Positions 21,405 through 30,755 of a stretch of DNA of 64,000 nucleotides are shown one piece after another. Position numbers and translations under genes: made by a program. The notes under the pieces were generated by a model, which did not search any database, had not been told where the DNA came from, and saw only the letters and a list, made by a program, of their open reading frames with translations. Location: sequence record SRR31156797_360; one strand, given 5' to 3'. Position 1 is the first letter of the stretch; every line of letters begins with the position of its first letter.

Positions 21405-22751
21405 CTAGAACAGCAGCATCACAACTGAAATGATTACGCCACTGTATAATAGGTTGATTAAGCAGAATCCCATGATGTCTTTCGCTCCGAGACCTGCGAT
21501 ACCGAGTGCAGGAAGAGCCCAGAAAGGCTGGATCATATTTGTCCATGCATCACCCCAAGCGATAGCCATAGCTGTTTTCGCAGCGGGAACGCCGAGAGCC
21601 GCACCAGCCGGCATCATAATAGGAGCCTGAACAGCCCACTGACCACCACCAGAAGGTACGAAGAAGTTTACGATACCTGCACTGAGAAATGTGAAGAGTG
21701 GGAAAGTTGTTGCTGTTGCTACATTTACAAATCCGTTAGAGATTATAGCCGCAAGTGAGCTTCCTTCCGGAGACGCACCAACCATCATGCCCATGATACC
21801 TGCGTAGAATGGGAACTGAAGGATGATACCGCCTGCGCCCTTAGTTGCAGCAGTGATAGCATTGAGGAAACGTCTAGGTGTTCCGTGCAGGAGTATCCCC
21901 GCAAAGAGGAATGTAAAGTTTACGATGTTAAGGTTCAGTGCGAACCCTTTTGTGTAAAAGTATTGTACAATATAAACCATACCGAGACCACCGATGAGCA
22001 TAGAGAGTACCGGACTGTTTTCCATTCTGTCAGCCGGTGTCATGTTTTCAGGCTTTTCAGGAACAGGTTCATCTTTGAGAAGTTCAGGATCAACTACTAC
22101 TATTTCGTTTTCCGCCTTAGGGTGCATAGCACTGTTAAGGAACGGCATTGTGAAGAGGATGATGAAAAATATCACAAGGTTCATCGGTCCGAATATTGTC
22201 AGGCTTGTAGGGATAGCCTCAGTGAGTGTCCCGTTTGTGATAGCAGCAAGACCTTTAGCCGAGCCGAGTTTAAGCGGGATAGAACCTGAGAGACCGCCGT
22301 GCCAAACGAGGAAACCTGAGTAGGCAGATGCTATGAGAAGTCTGTAGTCAACACCTTTAACTTCCTTAGCGAGCTGTCTTGCGTATAAAGCACCGATAAC
22401 AAGACCGAATCCCCAGTTGATGAATGAGGACAATGTGCCCACAACTGTAACAGCGAGGATAGCCTGACTAGGTGTTTTAGCTATCTTCGCAAGGGATGAG
22501 AGCCCTTTCTGGAAGATAGGCGCATTGGCAAGAGTGTGACCAGTCACAAGGATAAGTGCCATCTGCATTGAGAATGCCAACAGTTTCCAAAAGCCTGTTG
22601 TCCAGTGCCCAACCATCTCAAGAGGTCCCTGACCAGTTGCAGCGATACCTGCAACATAAACGATCAGAGTGAGAATCACTGCAAACAAAAACGGATCTGG
22701 CAGGTAACGCTGTACAAGCGCCACGCATACATTAGTAAGTTTTCTGAACAT
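21405..22751 (-). CDS. atoE: Short-chain fatty acid transporter
   Basis: LPDPFLFA, FSMQMALILVTG, WHGGLSGSIP, VPSGGGQWAVQ, WTNMIQPFWALP motifs. Confidence 0.93.
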   Translation of the reverse strand: MFRKLTNVCVALVQRYLPDPFLFAVILTLIVYVAGIAATGQGPLEMVGHWTTGFWKLLAFSMQMALILVTGHTLANAPIFQKGLSSLAKIAKTPSQAILAVTVVGTLSSFINWGFGLVIGALYARQLAKEVKGVDYRLLIASAYSGFLVWHGGLSGSIPLKLGSAKGLAAITNGTLTEAIPTSLTIFGPMNLVIFFIILFTMPFLNSAMHPKAENEIVVVDPELLKDEPVPEKPENMTPADRMENSPVLSMLIGGLGMVYIVQYFYTKGFALNLNIVNFTFLFAGILLHGTPRRFLNAITAATKGAGGIILQFPFYAGIMGMMVGASPEGSSLAAIISNGFVNVATATTFPLFTFLSAGIVNFFVPSGGGQWAVQAPIMMPAGAALGVPAAKTAMAIAWGDAWTNMIQPFWALPALGIAGLGAKDIMGFCLINLLYSGVIISVVMLLF

Positions 22752-22790
22752 AATAAATAATCCTCCTACAGATTGTGTTCTGTAGCTTTA

Positions 22791-23453
22791 TTAAATTTCT
22801 ATCGTCTGACAATCGTCAGCAACAGTAATGTCTGCATCTGTGTTTTCGATGATGAATTCCGCTGTGTATGGTGCGAAAACTTCTTTCAGGAGGAAAACAC
22901 CGTCTTTGATCTCGAAAAAGCCTACATCTGTCACTACATAGTTTACCTGAGCCTGTGCTGTGAGCGGAAGTGAGCATACTCTCTTAAGCTTAGTCTCGCC
23001 GCTCTTGTCAAAGTGGATAGTAGCAGCGATAACAGTGTTAGCGCCGACTACGAGATCCATAGCTCCGCCCATGCCCGGTACAAGTTTGCCCGGAATTTTA
23101 TAGTTTGCGAGATTACCCAGCTGGTCAACTTCGAGAACACCGAGAACAGTGTAATCAACGTGCCCGCCTCGGATAATTCCGAATGATGTAGCAGAGTCGA
23201 AAAACATTCCGCCAGGAAGGATTGTCACAGGCATCCCGCCTGCATTTACAAGGTCGAGATCCTCTTCGCCCTTTTCAGGTGCAGGTCCCAGCCCTAAAAA
23301 TCCGTTTTCAGACTGAAGTGTGACTGTCACATCTTCAGGGATAAAGTTCGCTACCATAGTAGGAAGCCCTATCCCGAGGTTAACAACGCTTCCGGATTCA
23401 AAAAATCTCGCTATTCTTTTTGCTATATTAGTTTTGCTTGGTTTGTATTCCAT
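22791..23453 (-). CDS. atoA: Family I CoA-transferase beta subunit
   Basis: VNLGIGLP, QSENG (catalytic Glu), NAGG, RGGH, GMGGAMDLV. Confidence 0.9.
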   Translation of the reverse strand: MEYKPSKTNIAKRIARFFESGSVVNLGIGLPTMVANFIPEDVTVTLQSENGFLGLGPAPEKGEEDLDLVNAGGMPVTILPGGMFFDSATSFGIIRGGHVDYTVLGVLEVDQLGNLANYKIPGKLVPGMGGAMDLVVGANTVIAATIHFDKSGETKLKRVCSLPLTAQAQVNYVVTDVGFFEIKDGVFLLKEVFAPYTAEFIIENTDADITVADDCQTIEI

Positions 23454-23463
23454 GATGTCCCTC

Positions 23464-24135
23464 TTACGCTTTCACTATGTAGTTTGTGAAGATTGATGGT
23501 GTTATTACGTGCTCAGGGTTAATGTCGCCGACCTTTACGATCTCTTCTGCTTCGACAAGAACGATGTCAGCGGCCATTGCCATGATAGGGTTAAAGTTTC
23601 TCGCAGACTGAGAGTAAACAAGGTTACCAGATTCGTCAGCGATCTTAGCTTTGATGATAGCAACGTTAGCTCTGAGCGGTATTTCGAGAAGGTATTTGCG
23701 CCCTTCGACTTCGATAACCTGCTTCCCGTCTTCAACCTCTGTTCCGATACCAGTAGGTGTGAGTACACCGCCTAGCCCTACGCCGGCACATCTTATGCGC
23801 TCTGCGAGTGTCCCTTGCGGTACAAGCTGAACCTCAGTTTCCCCTGCGTTCATCTGACGACCTGTTTCAGGGTTTGTTCCTATGTGTGATGCGATAACTT
23901 TCTTGAATTTGTTATTCGCCACAAGTCCGGCTACACCGTGGGTGCGACCAGCGTCCGGGTTATAGATTCCTGAGTCGTTACAGATGAGGGTGAGGTCTTT
24001 CAGCTCTGAATCTTCGATAGCTCTGAGTATCTTAAAAGGTACTCCACAGTCGATGAATCCTCCAATCATAACGCTGTCGTTACTCTTTATCTTTTCTACA
24101 GCTTCTTCTGCTGTGATTATTTCTTTTAATAGCAT
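23464..24135 (-). CDS. atoD: Family I CoA-transferase alpha subunit
   Basis: MIGGF, SHIGTNPE, PQGTLAERIR, GGVLTPTG, ARNFNP. Confidence 0.9.
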   Translation of the reverse strand: MLLKEIITAEEAVEKIKSNDSVMIGGFIDCGVPFKILRAIEDSELKDLTLICNDSGIYNPDAGRTHGVAGLVANNKFKKVIASHIGTNPETGRQMNAGETEVQLVPQGTLAERIRCAGVGLGGVLTPTGIGTEVEDGKQVIEVEGRKYLLEIPLRANVAIIKAKIADESGNLVYSQSARNFNPIMAMAADIVLVEAEEIVKVGDINPEHVITPSIFTNYIVKA

Positions 24136-24162
24136 ATCAACATCCTTTAAATATATTAGTCG

Positions 24163-25338
24163 CTAGACCAGTTCGAATACTGCCGCAACAGCTTCTCCGC
24201 CGCCGATGCAAAGGGTTGTGAGTCCGTATTTCTGCTTTCTGCTTACCATTTCACGTACAAGTGTGGAAACGAGTCTCGCACCGCTTGCGCCTACCGGATG
24301 ACCGAATGCACATGCGCCGCCGTTAACGTTTACTTTGTCTATATCTATGCCAAGCTCTTTCACTGCCATGAGTGTTACGGCTGCGAAAGCTTCGTTGATC
24401 TCAAAGAGCCCTATTTCATCGAGTGATATGCCAGCTTTTTTAACTGCCTTCTCGATTGCGCCAACAGGAGCCTCGCTAAAGTATTCCGGTTCGATGCTGT
24501 TTGTTGCATATCCTATGAGTTTGGCTTTAGGGGTGAGCTTGAATTTTTCGACTGCTTCTCCGCTTGCAAAGAGCGCAACGCCGGCACCGTCGTTAATGTT
24601 TGATGCGTTACCTGCTGTGATTGTTCCATCTTTTTTGAAGCAAGGTTTGAGGGCTGGGAGTTTTTCAATTTTGCCGTTAAAAGGATCTTCGTCAGTGTCA
24701 ACAACTACATCGCCTTTGCGGGTTACTTTAACCACAGGGACGATCTCTTCAGCGAGAATCCCTTCATTTATAGCTTTCTGAGCGAGAGTGTATGAGCGTG
24801 CTGCAAATTTGTCCTGCTCTTCTCTGCTGATACCTTTTCTTTCGACACTGCCTTCACATAGAACTCCCATAGGTAAGTTAGAGTAAGGGTCGAGAAGTGC
24901 ATCGTGCATCATAAGGTCGAGGAGCTCAGTATTCCCCATCTTTGCTCCGTACCTGCCTTTAGGCATAGCGTATGGCGCAGCAGACATGTTTTCCATACCA
25001 CCAGCGAGAACTATATCGCTGTCGCCTGATTTGATGGATTGAGATGCGAGCATCATAGCTTTGAGTCCGCTTCCGCAAACTTTGTTTATAGTGAGTGCAT
25101 GAGCCTCTTTTGGGATGCCAGCTTTAAGCATAGCCTGTCTTGCTGGTGCTTGTGCTGTACCGCCCTGTATAACTTGCCCGAGGATAACTTCATCTACTGC
25201 TATTGGGTCGAGCCCTGCTTTTTCCAAAACTGCTTTTATAACCTGTGCAGCAAGCTCTGTAGCAGGGACATCGGATAATGCTCCACCAAAACTGCCGAAC
25301 GGTGTTCTTAATGATTCAACTAAATATACGTCACGCAT
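24163..25338 (-). CDS. atoB: Acetyl-CoA acetyltransferase (thiolase)
   Basis: NKVCGSG (catalytic Cys), NEAFA, GHPVGASG, CIGGG. Confidence 0.93.
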   Translation of the reverse strand: MRDVYLVESLRTPFGSFGGALSDVPATELAAQVIKAVLEKAGLDPIAVDEVILGQVIQGGTAQAPARQAMLKAGIPKEAHALTINKVCGSGLKAMMLASQSIKSGDSDIVLAGGMENMSAAPYAMPKGRYGAKMGNTELLDLMMHDALLDPYSNLPMGVLCEGSVERKGISREEQDKFAARSYTLAQKAINEGILAEEIVPVVKVTRKGDVVVDTDEDPFNGKIEKLPALKPCFKKDGTITAGNASNINDGAGVALFASGEAVEKFKLTPKAKLIGYATNSIEPEYFSEAPVGAIEKAVKKAGISLDEIGLFEINEAFAAVTLMAVKELGIDIDKVNVNGGACAFGHPVGASGARLVSTLVREMVSRKQKYGLTTLCIGGGEAVAAVFELV

Positions 25339-25394
25339 TTTTCACCTCTCGATTTTGCGTTTGCTTTGATTATTTTTAATGTCGGGTTATATAC

Positions 25395-25410
25395 ACCAAA
25401 AAGCGTGCCA
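25395..25410 (-). promoter_or_regulatory. Putative sigma54 (-24/-12) promoter of the ato-like operon
   Basis: Minus strand TGGCAC-GCTTT-TTGGT (consensus TGGCAC-N5-TTGC); a sigma54 activator gene is adjacent. Confidence 0.65.
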
Positions 25411-25523
25411 GTTTTCTGGTGATGTTTTTGTGAAAAATAAATGGTGAAAATGTAAAAAAGTTATTATTAATAGGTATATATGGTTTCTTGAATCTGTATG
25501 GTTTTAGTGCTGATGAGCAGAGG

Positions 25524-25625
25524 TGATACATTTGTGAATCGATTATTTAATTGCTATACTGTTTGTTAGTAGGGGATAAGGTGGTGATGATTCAATAATG
25601 AATCGGGTGATCAGTTTATGAATCG
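25524..25625. promoter_or_regulatory. Three enhancer-like palindromes (TGATWCA-N4-TGAATCG type)
   Basis: TGATACATTTGTGAATCG (25524-41), TGATTCAATAATGAATCG (25588-605), TGATCAGTTTATGAATCG (25608-25). Confidence 0.65.
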
Positions 25626-26947
25626 TCTGAAATCTTGATACCGTGTTTCTGTAGTTTCCTTACCACGCTCGGTTGGCTTATTTTTAGAAACTTTGCAATA
25701 TTTCTTGTACTGGAGCAAGTTTTACAAGCTTGTTCGAGGATTTCTTTCTCGTGCCCTTCCAGCATATCTTTAAGACCTATTGAACCTTTCTGATTACTGT
25801 CACAGGAAACTTTTTTATAGCTGGTGATGTCTATGACATCGTTTTTACTTGTAACGACAAGCCGCTCGACAGTATTTTCAAGCTCCCTTATGTTTCCGTA
25901 CCAACTCTCTGTCTCCATAAAGCTGATAAGGTCGTCAGTAATGGTTTTATAGCATTTATACCGCTTGTTGAACTTCTCAAGGAAGAGTGTGATGAGCGGC
26001 GCAATATCTTCCGGTCTCTGTCTGAGGCTCGGTATATTTATCGGAACAACGTTCAGTCTGTAGTAAAGATCCTCACGGAATTTATGCTCTTTAACAAGCT
26101 TCCAGAGATTATTATTAGTTGCTGCTATTACCCGCACATCAACTTTCACAGACTTCACATCTCCCACAGGGATGAATTCCTTCTCCTGTAGAACACCTAA
26201 AAGCTTAGACTGAGCGTAAAGCGGAAGCTCGGATATCTCATCGAGGAATATGGTCCCTCCGTTTGCAGCTTCGAAAAGTCCTTTCTTCCCTTTGGAATCT
26301 GCACCGGTGAATGCACCTTTTTTGTATCCGAAAAGTTCGCTCTCTATGAGGGTGTCCGGTATGGTTGCACAGTTTACTTTGATAAAAGGTCGTCCTTTTT
26401 CGTCACCAGTTCTGTGTATGATAGATGCCAGCATACTCTTTCCAACGCCTGATTCTCCGGTGATAACAATTGTGGACTGTGTGTTTGCTACACTTACACA
26501 AAGGTCGATAGTTTGGATCATTTGCGGACTGCATGAGACAACTTCTGAACCTTCAAGCATCACTTCGCGTGCCGTATCTGAGTCGATGTTGCGTTTGTAT
26601 GATATGTCAGTCAGATCCCAGATGGTGTTTATGATGTATTTAATATCCCCATCTTCGTTGAAGATAGGCTTACCTTTTACCAGAAATTTCTTTCCGGTCA
26701 CAGTGTTGTAAGTGGCGGTTATGGGTATCTTTTTTTCAAGGATAAGCAGGCTTGCAGAACCGGAAAATATCTTATCTTTATGGACAAGCTGATAGAGTGA
26801 TTTACCTTTCAGATCGGAATTTTTCAGGCCGGACATTCGCTCGTAGGTTTTGTTTACCCCGAGAGTTATCCCTTTTCCATCAGTTACATATATGCCATTG
26901 AAAACATTATCATAAATGGTTTGTAAAAGCTCTGTATCTGTTATCAT
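25616..26947 (-). CDS. PAS-AAA+-HTH sigma54-dependent transcriptional activator
   Basis: N-terminal PAS, GESGVGKS, ESELFG..GAFTGA, FLDEI, FREDLYYRLNV, TyrR-like C-terminal HTH. Confidence 0.95.
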   Translation of the reverse strand: MITDTELLQTIYDNVFNGIYVTDGKGITLGVNKTYERMSGLKNSDLKGKSLYQLVHKDKIFSGSASLLILEKKIPITATYNTVTGKKFLVKGKPIFNEDGDIKYIINTIWDLTDISYKRNIDSDTAREVMLEGSEVVSCSPQMIQTIDLCVSVANTQSTIVITGESGVGKSMLASIIHRTGDEKGRPFIKVNCATIPDTLIESELFGYKKGAFTGADSKGKKGLFEAANGGTIFLDEISELPLYAQSKLLGVLQEKEFIPVGDVKSVKVDVRVIAATNNNLWKLVKEHKFREDLYYRLNVVPINIPSLRQRPEDIAPLITLFLEKFNKRYKCYKTITDDLISFMETESWYGNIRELENTVERLVVTSKNDVIDITSYKKVSCDSNQKGSIGLKDMLEGHEKEILEQACKTCSSTRNIAKFLKISQPSVVRKLQKHGIKISDDS

Positions 26948-27039
26948 ATTCCTGCATCAGTATAATAGATTCTTCTAATAGACTATGCTATGAGATGATT
27001 ATTATCAAGTGACGTTTTGTAAAAGAGCTCGGAAACAGA

Positions 27040-27420
27040 TTAGGCACTCTGCCTTTTTGTGCTTGATTTACAGCTCTCACATTTAGCCTGTGGTGCAAGC
27101 TCAAGGAACCTTTCGCACTGTTTTGAAAGGTCGTAGCCTAGGAGTACACCGAGGATAAAATCTTCTTTTTCGTCGTACTCATTTAGCATTTTATTTCCAA
27201 AGCTCTCTATGATGCTTACGCACGGGCAGTCACCAAAAAAGATATTTCTCCTTTTGCTTCCAGCCGGAACAACAAAATAGCTTACGTTGCTTCTCTCTAA
27301 TTTTTTGATGCATAAGCTGCATTCAGAATCAGCGCAGGTATAGAGCGCCAGCCTTCTTACGCCTTTTTTGTATTCGTACAGCATATGTGAAAATAAACGA
27401 TTATTCACTGCGCCCTCCAA
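27040..27420 (-). CDS. DUF2023-family protein
   Basis: HMLYEYKKGVRRLALYT, NIFFG, EDFILGVLLGYD..QCERF match the family as I recall it. Confidence 0.75.
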   Translation of the reverse strand: MEGAVNNRLFSHMLYEYKKGVRRLALYTCADSECSLCIKKLERSNVSYFVVPAGSKRRNIFFGDCPCVSIIESFGNKMLNEYDEKEDFILGVLLGYDLSKQCERFLELAPQAKCESCKSSTKRQSA

Positions 27421-27760
27421 CTAAAGATGAAATTAAATTGTTTCTAACCATGCATCCTCCTACCTGACTGCACTTGTCGCATAAAAGATAATTCCTCATC
27501 GCATAAGCGGCTGACTCCGGGCTTGTGGTGTCTAGCGTTATGAATGGGATACTGTGTTTTTTACAAAGTTTTTCCGCCCTTGATGCCATATCCGGTGCGG
27601 TGATTTTACTGAGGAGCAAAACACATTCGCTGCATCTTATCGAGCTGTCAAATTTATCGTCAAGCTTGTTGCACACTGTCGCCTTACAGCCTGTTGCCCT
27701 GCATGTTTTTACGTACTTATCCTCAAGTGAATCAATGTTGCCAATAATGCAAACTTTCAT
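27401..27760 (-). CDS. DUF2325-like protein with Cys-rich tail
   Basis: Probable start MKVCIIG at 27760 after AAGGA; flavodoxin-like small domain; C-terminal CDKCSQVGGC. Confidence 0.65.
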   Translation of the reverse strand: MKVCIIGNIDSLEDKYVKTCRATGCKATVCNKLDDKFDSSIRCSECVLLLSKITAPDMASRAEKLCKKHSIPFITLDTTSPESAAYAMRNYLLCDKCSQVGGCMVRNNLISSLVGGRSE

Positions 27761-27779
27761 TACGCTTCCTTGTTGTGTA

Positions 27780-27800
27780 TGATATTGATTATTAATATCA
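27780..27800. promoter_or_regulatory. Fur box
   Basis: GATATTGATTATTAATATC (27781-99) matches GATAATGATAATCATTATC at 15/19; overlaps the -10 region downstream of a minus-strand TTGACT. Confidence 0.7.
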
Positions 27801-27856
27801 ACAGGTGCAAAAGTCAATAACTTTTTATTATTAAACTGTTTATAGAGTATTGAAGG

Positions 27857-27889
27857 AAAAGAAAAGGGGCGTAATTTCAGCCCCTTTGT
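27857..27889 (-). terminator. Rho-independent terminator of the arginase operon
   Basis: Minus strand AAAGGGGC-loop-GCCCCTTT followed by TCTTTT. Confidence 0.75.
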
Positions 27890-27896
27890 AGATTGT

Positions 27897-28991
27897 TTAT
27901 TTCGCGAGATTATTCCATAGGTTGACCACAAAATCCTGAACATTCGTGAGGATTGCGCTCGCCTGTGCCGAGCCTCTGTTAGCGAGCTTGTCAGCACTGA
28001 ATTCCGACATGTCAACAACATAAAAGTAAACAGGTCTGATGCTTCCGTCAGGCATAACACGGTAGCTCGGTGTCATATTTCCGTATGCGATTGTATGGAG
28101 CTGAGTTGCCATTGCGATGACTATTGTAGCATCCTTTGCGAAGGTTCTCATAGCGTCCTGCGCATCGTAAACATTAGGGATAACCTCAGGGAGAGGACCG
28201 TCATCTCTGATAGAACCTGCCAGCAGATATGGGACTTTCTTTTTTTCGCATGCGTATATGATGCCGTCTTTAAGTTCAAGGTCGGATATTAAATTTTTTA
28301 TTGAGCCAAGACGTCTAGCTTTATTGAGTATGTCGAGATGGTTATAATGACCGAGCGGTTTCAGAGACTGATCATAAATATCCTGCCCGAGCCCAGTGCG
28401 GAAGAATGCTCCCTCAAGGTCGTGGGTGGCGAGAGCATTACCAGCGAGCAGTGAGTGGCAGTAGCCGTTTTCGATGAGAGCCTGCATGGCATCTCTTGAG
28501 TCTTTATCAAATGATACCGCAGGTCCTAAGACCCATGATATGTGCCCGTGGTCTCTGTCGTGACGGAGCAGGTTATACAGGAAATCGTAGCTGTGAGAGA
28601 ATGGTGTCTCTCTTGTGCCTCTTGTTCTGAATGCGAATTTATCTTCTGATGCTTCACTGTCGCCTGTAAAGCCTTCTGTGTGAACAAATATTCCCTCTTC
28701 GCCGTTCTCAGTACGTCCGACGACAACCTTATCACCTATCTGAAGCCTGCGTGCTTCGACAGCTTCCGGCTTGTCACCTCTGAGGACTATGGTGCAGTCC
28801 ATTCTGCTCTCAGCCGTGAGTGCCCAGCTTCCGTTTTCAAGTTTTATATATTCAGGGTAGTTTGATGTTGCATGAAAGTTGTCCGGTGCAACACCGTCCT
28901 TTTCTACAGTTATTGTTTTCGCCGCTGGTGCTGTATTTAACGGCTCTTTTTCAAAATCTGGTCCAGCGTAATTAGGAAGAACGAAGCTCAT
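27897..28991 (-). CDS. TIGR00300/ArgZ(AgrE) C-terminal-type protein, putative ornithine cyclodeaminase
   Basis: AGNALATHDLE, GHYNHL, LAGSIRDDGPLP, LHTIAYGN, KLANRGS motifs; co-transcribed with arginase. Confidence 0.75.
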   Translation of the reverse strand: MSFVLPNYAGPDFEKEPLNTAPAAKTITVEKDGVAPDNFHATSNYPEYIKLENGSWALTAESRMDCTIVLRGDKPEAVEARRLQIGDKVVVGRTENGEEGIFVHTEGFTGDSEASEDKFAFRTRGTRETPFSHSYDFLYNLLRHDRDHGHISWVLGPAVSFDKDSRDAMQALIENGYCHSLLAGNALATHDLEGAFFRTGLGQDIYDQSLKPLGHYNHLDILNKARRLGSIKNLISDLELKDGIIYACEKKKVPYLLAGSIRDDGPLPEVIPNVYDAQDAMRTFAKDATIVIAMATQLHTIAYGNMTPSYRVMPDGSIRPVYFYVVDMSEFSADKLANRGSAQASAILTNVQDFVVNLWNNLAK

Positions 28992-29011
28992 ATATCTTCT
29001 CCTTAATAAAG

Positions 29012-29902
29012 TTAAATAATACTCTTTCCAAAAAGGGAAACCGCGAGATCGACTGCGATTCCTGCTGTTTTATTATAAATATCAAGCATAGGGTTTATCT
29101 CAACTATGTCCATGGATGATACTTTCTTACTATCTGCGATGGTTTCCATCATAAGGTGCGCTTCCCTATAGCTTAGTCCGCCCTTGACGGGTGTTCCAAC
29201 GCCTGGGGCTTCCATAGGGTCGAGTGAGTCCACGTCGAAGCTCACGTGTATTGAGTCTAAATGTTCGAGCTGCCGAAGTGCTTTTTCCATAACTGTACTT
29301 ATCCCTTTCTCGTCTATATCTCTCATGGTGAAATAGCCTACACCGCTCTCTTTGATAAGCTTTCTTTCGTCACGGTCAAGATCTCGAAGCCCAATGAGGA
29401 CAACATCCTCCGGTCTTAGCTTTGCACCTTTGCGCCCTATGTTGACAAGCTTTTCGTGACCGTCGCCGAGGAGTGTGGCGAGGGGCATGCCGTGTATGTT
29501 GCCTGATTTGGATGTTTTCGGGTTATTGAAATCGCCGTGGGCGTCAACCCATATGATACCTGTCCGGCGGCTGTCGCTGATGCCGCCTATGGTTCCTATT
29601 GACATGGAGTGATCACCACCAAGGAATATAGGCATAAAGCCGTCTTCTATGGAAGCTTTGGCTGCTTTATAGATCTTTTTGTTTGCTTTGCAGAGAGCTT
29701 CGAGGATGCCGTCGTTGCCGTCTTCTGTTATGGATGCACGGACGGGTATCCGGATGTTTCCGAAATCATTAACTGTGTAGCCGAGTTTTCTTAAGCTGTC
29801 TGCGAGTCCAGCATATCTGACTGCGCTCGGTCCCATGTCGACACCTCTGAGAACTTGTCCGAGGTCAACCGGAACGCCAATAATTCGTATTTTGTCTGTC
29901 AT
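29012..29902 (-). CDS. rocF: Arginase
   Basis: GVDMGP, GGDHS, DAHGDFN, SGNIHGMP, SFDVDSLDP, VEINP ureohydrolase/arginase motifs. Confidence 0.93.
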   Translation of the reverse strand: MTDKIRIIGVPVDLGQVLRGVDMGPSAVRYAGLADSLRKLGYTVNDFGNIRIPVRASITEDGNDGILEALCKANKKIYKAAKASIEDGFMPIFLGGDHSMSIGTIGGISDSRRTGIIWVDAHGDFNNPKTSKSGNIHGMPLATLLGDGHEKLVNIGRKGAKLRPEDVVLIGLRDLDRDERKLIKESGVGYFTMRDIDEKGISTVMEKALRQLEHLDSIHVSFDVDSLDPMEAPGVGTPVKGGLSYREAHLMMETIADSKKVSSMDIVEINPMLDIYNKTAGIAVDLAVSLFGKSII

Positions 29903-29949
29903 GATTGTTACCTTATACGCTAACTATACATTAAGTTGAATAATAATGG

Positions 29950-30537
29950 CTACGCACTTTTGCTGATAGCTTGAATGTTTTTAGATTTGTGGTGGGCGAT
30001 GAGCAACTCTTCGAGCTCGTATAAGGTTGAGATAGCTTCTTCGTAGAGGTATGGTTTATCCGCTCTCTTCGCTTTCGGAAGCTTTAATCTTTTTTCTCTC
30101 TGTACTTTAAGGTTGTAAAGCTCTTCGATCCTTAGCTTGAGCTCTGTAGGGATAATTTCGTTTCCGCAAAGCTTAAATGTAGCCATGCTGAGGTTGCTGG
30201 ATTCGTGGATGAGGTCTTCCTGCTTGGCGTATTCGGTGGTGAGGATGCATAAGATGCTTATGACCGGCAGGGTGTGGAAGTCTTCCATTAATCCGCCCCT
30301 CGAAGACTGTACATCCCAGAGGTTAAATGCGAACTTGCGTATTACTCTGTTCATAAGGTGAGCCAGAGCAAGTTTTCTCCGCTCTTTGTTGAGAAAGCAC
30401 CAGCGTCTGTTGCCTGTCATATAGACCTTTGCGAGACCGTACGGAAGGACGAACTCGACGAATTCGCTTATATTTGTCACTTCCTTTAAGTTTCTTATCC
30501 TGCCCGGATAGTCAGATATAGGTTTTGCTGTCTCCAT
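29950..30537 (-). CDS. Hypothetical protein
   Basis: 195-aa ORF with GGTG SD filling the gap; no family recognised. Confidence 0.65.
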   Translation of the reverse strand: METAKPISDYPGRIRNLKEVTNISEFVEFVLPYGLAKVYMTGNRRWCFLNKERRKLALAHLMNRVIRKFAFNLWDVQSSRGGLMEDFHTLPVISILCILTTEYAKQEDLIHESSNLSMATFKLCGNEIIPTELKLRIEELYNLKVQREKRLKLPKAKRADKPYLYEEAISTLYELEELLIAHHKSKNIQAISKSA

Positions 30538-30755
30538 GTGTCACCAAATTAAGAACACTGTTATAATTAAAAAATAAAGCATTTCTTATGAGAATCAAGC
30601 CCTATTTGGTGTATTTGTAAAACAAATTATACTATTTGCGCTATATGTAAAACGAGGTTATATATTTGTTAAAATTATTAGGACAAATATGTGCAACTTG
30701 ATGTTTTATTTGTTGTGTTTGAAATTTATATGTATATTAAACCTAGAGGTAAGCT

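Noticed and set aside
27761-28060. Long N-terminal extension of ORF 27401-28060
   Set aside because: It overlaps the cyclodeaminase gene, a terminator and a Fur box; the plausible start is ATG 27760.
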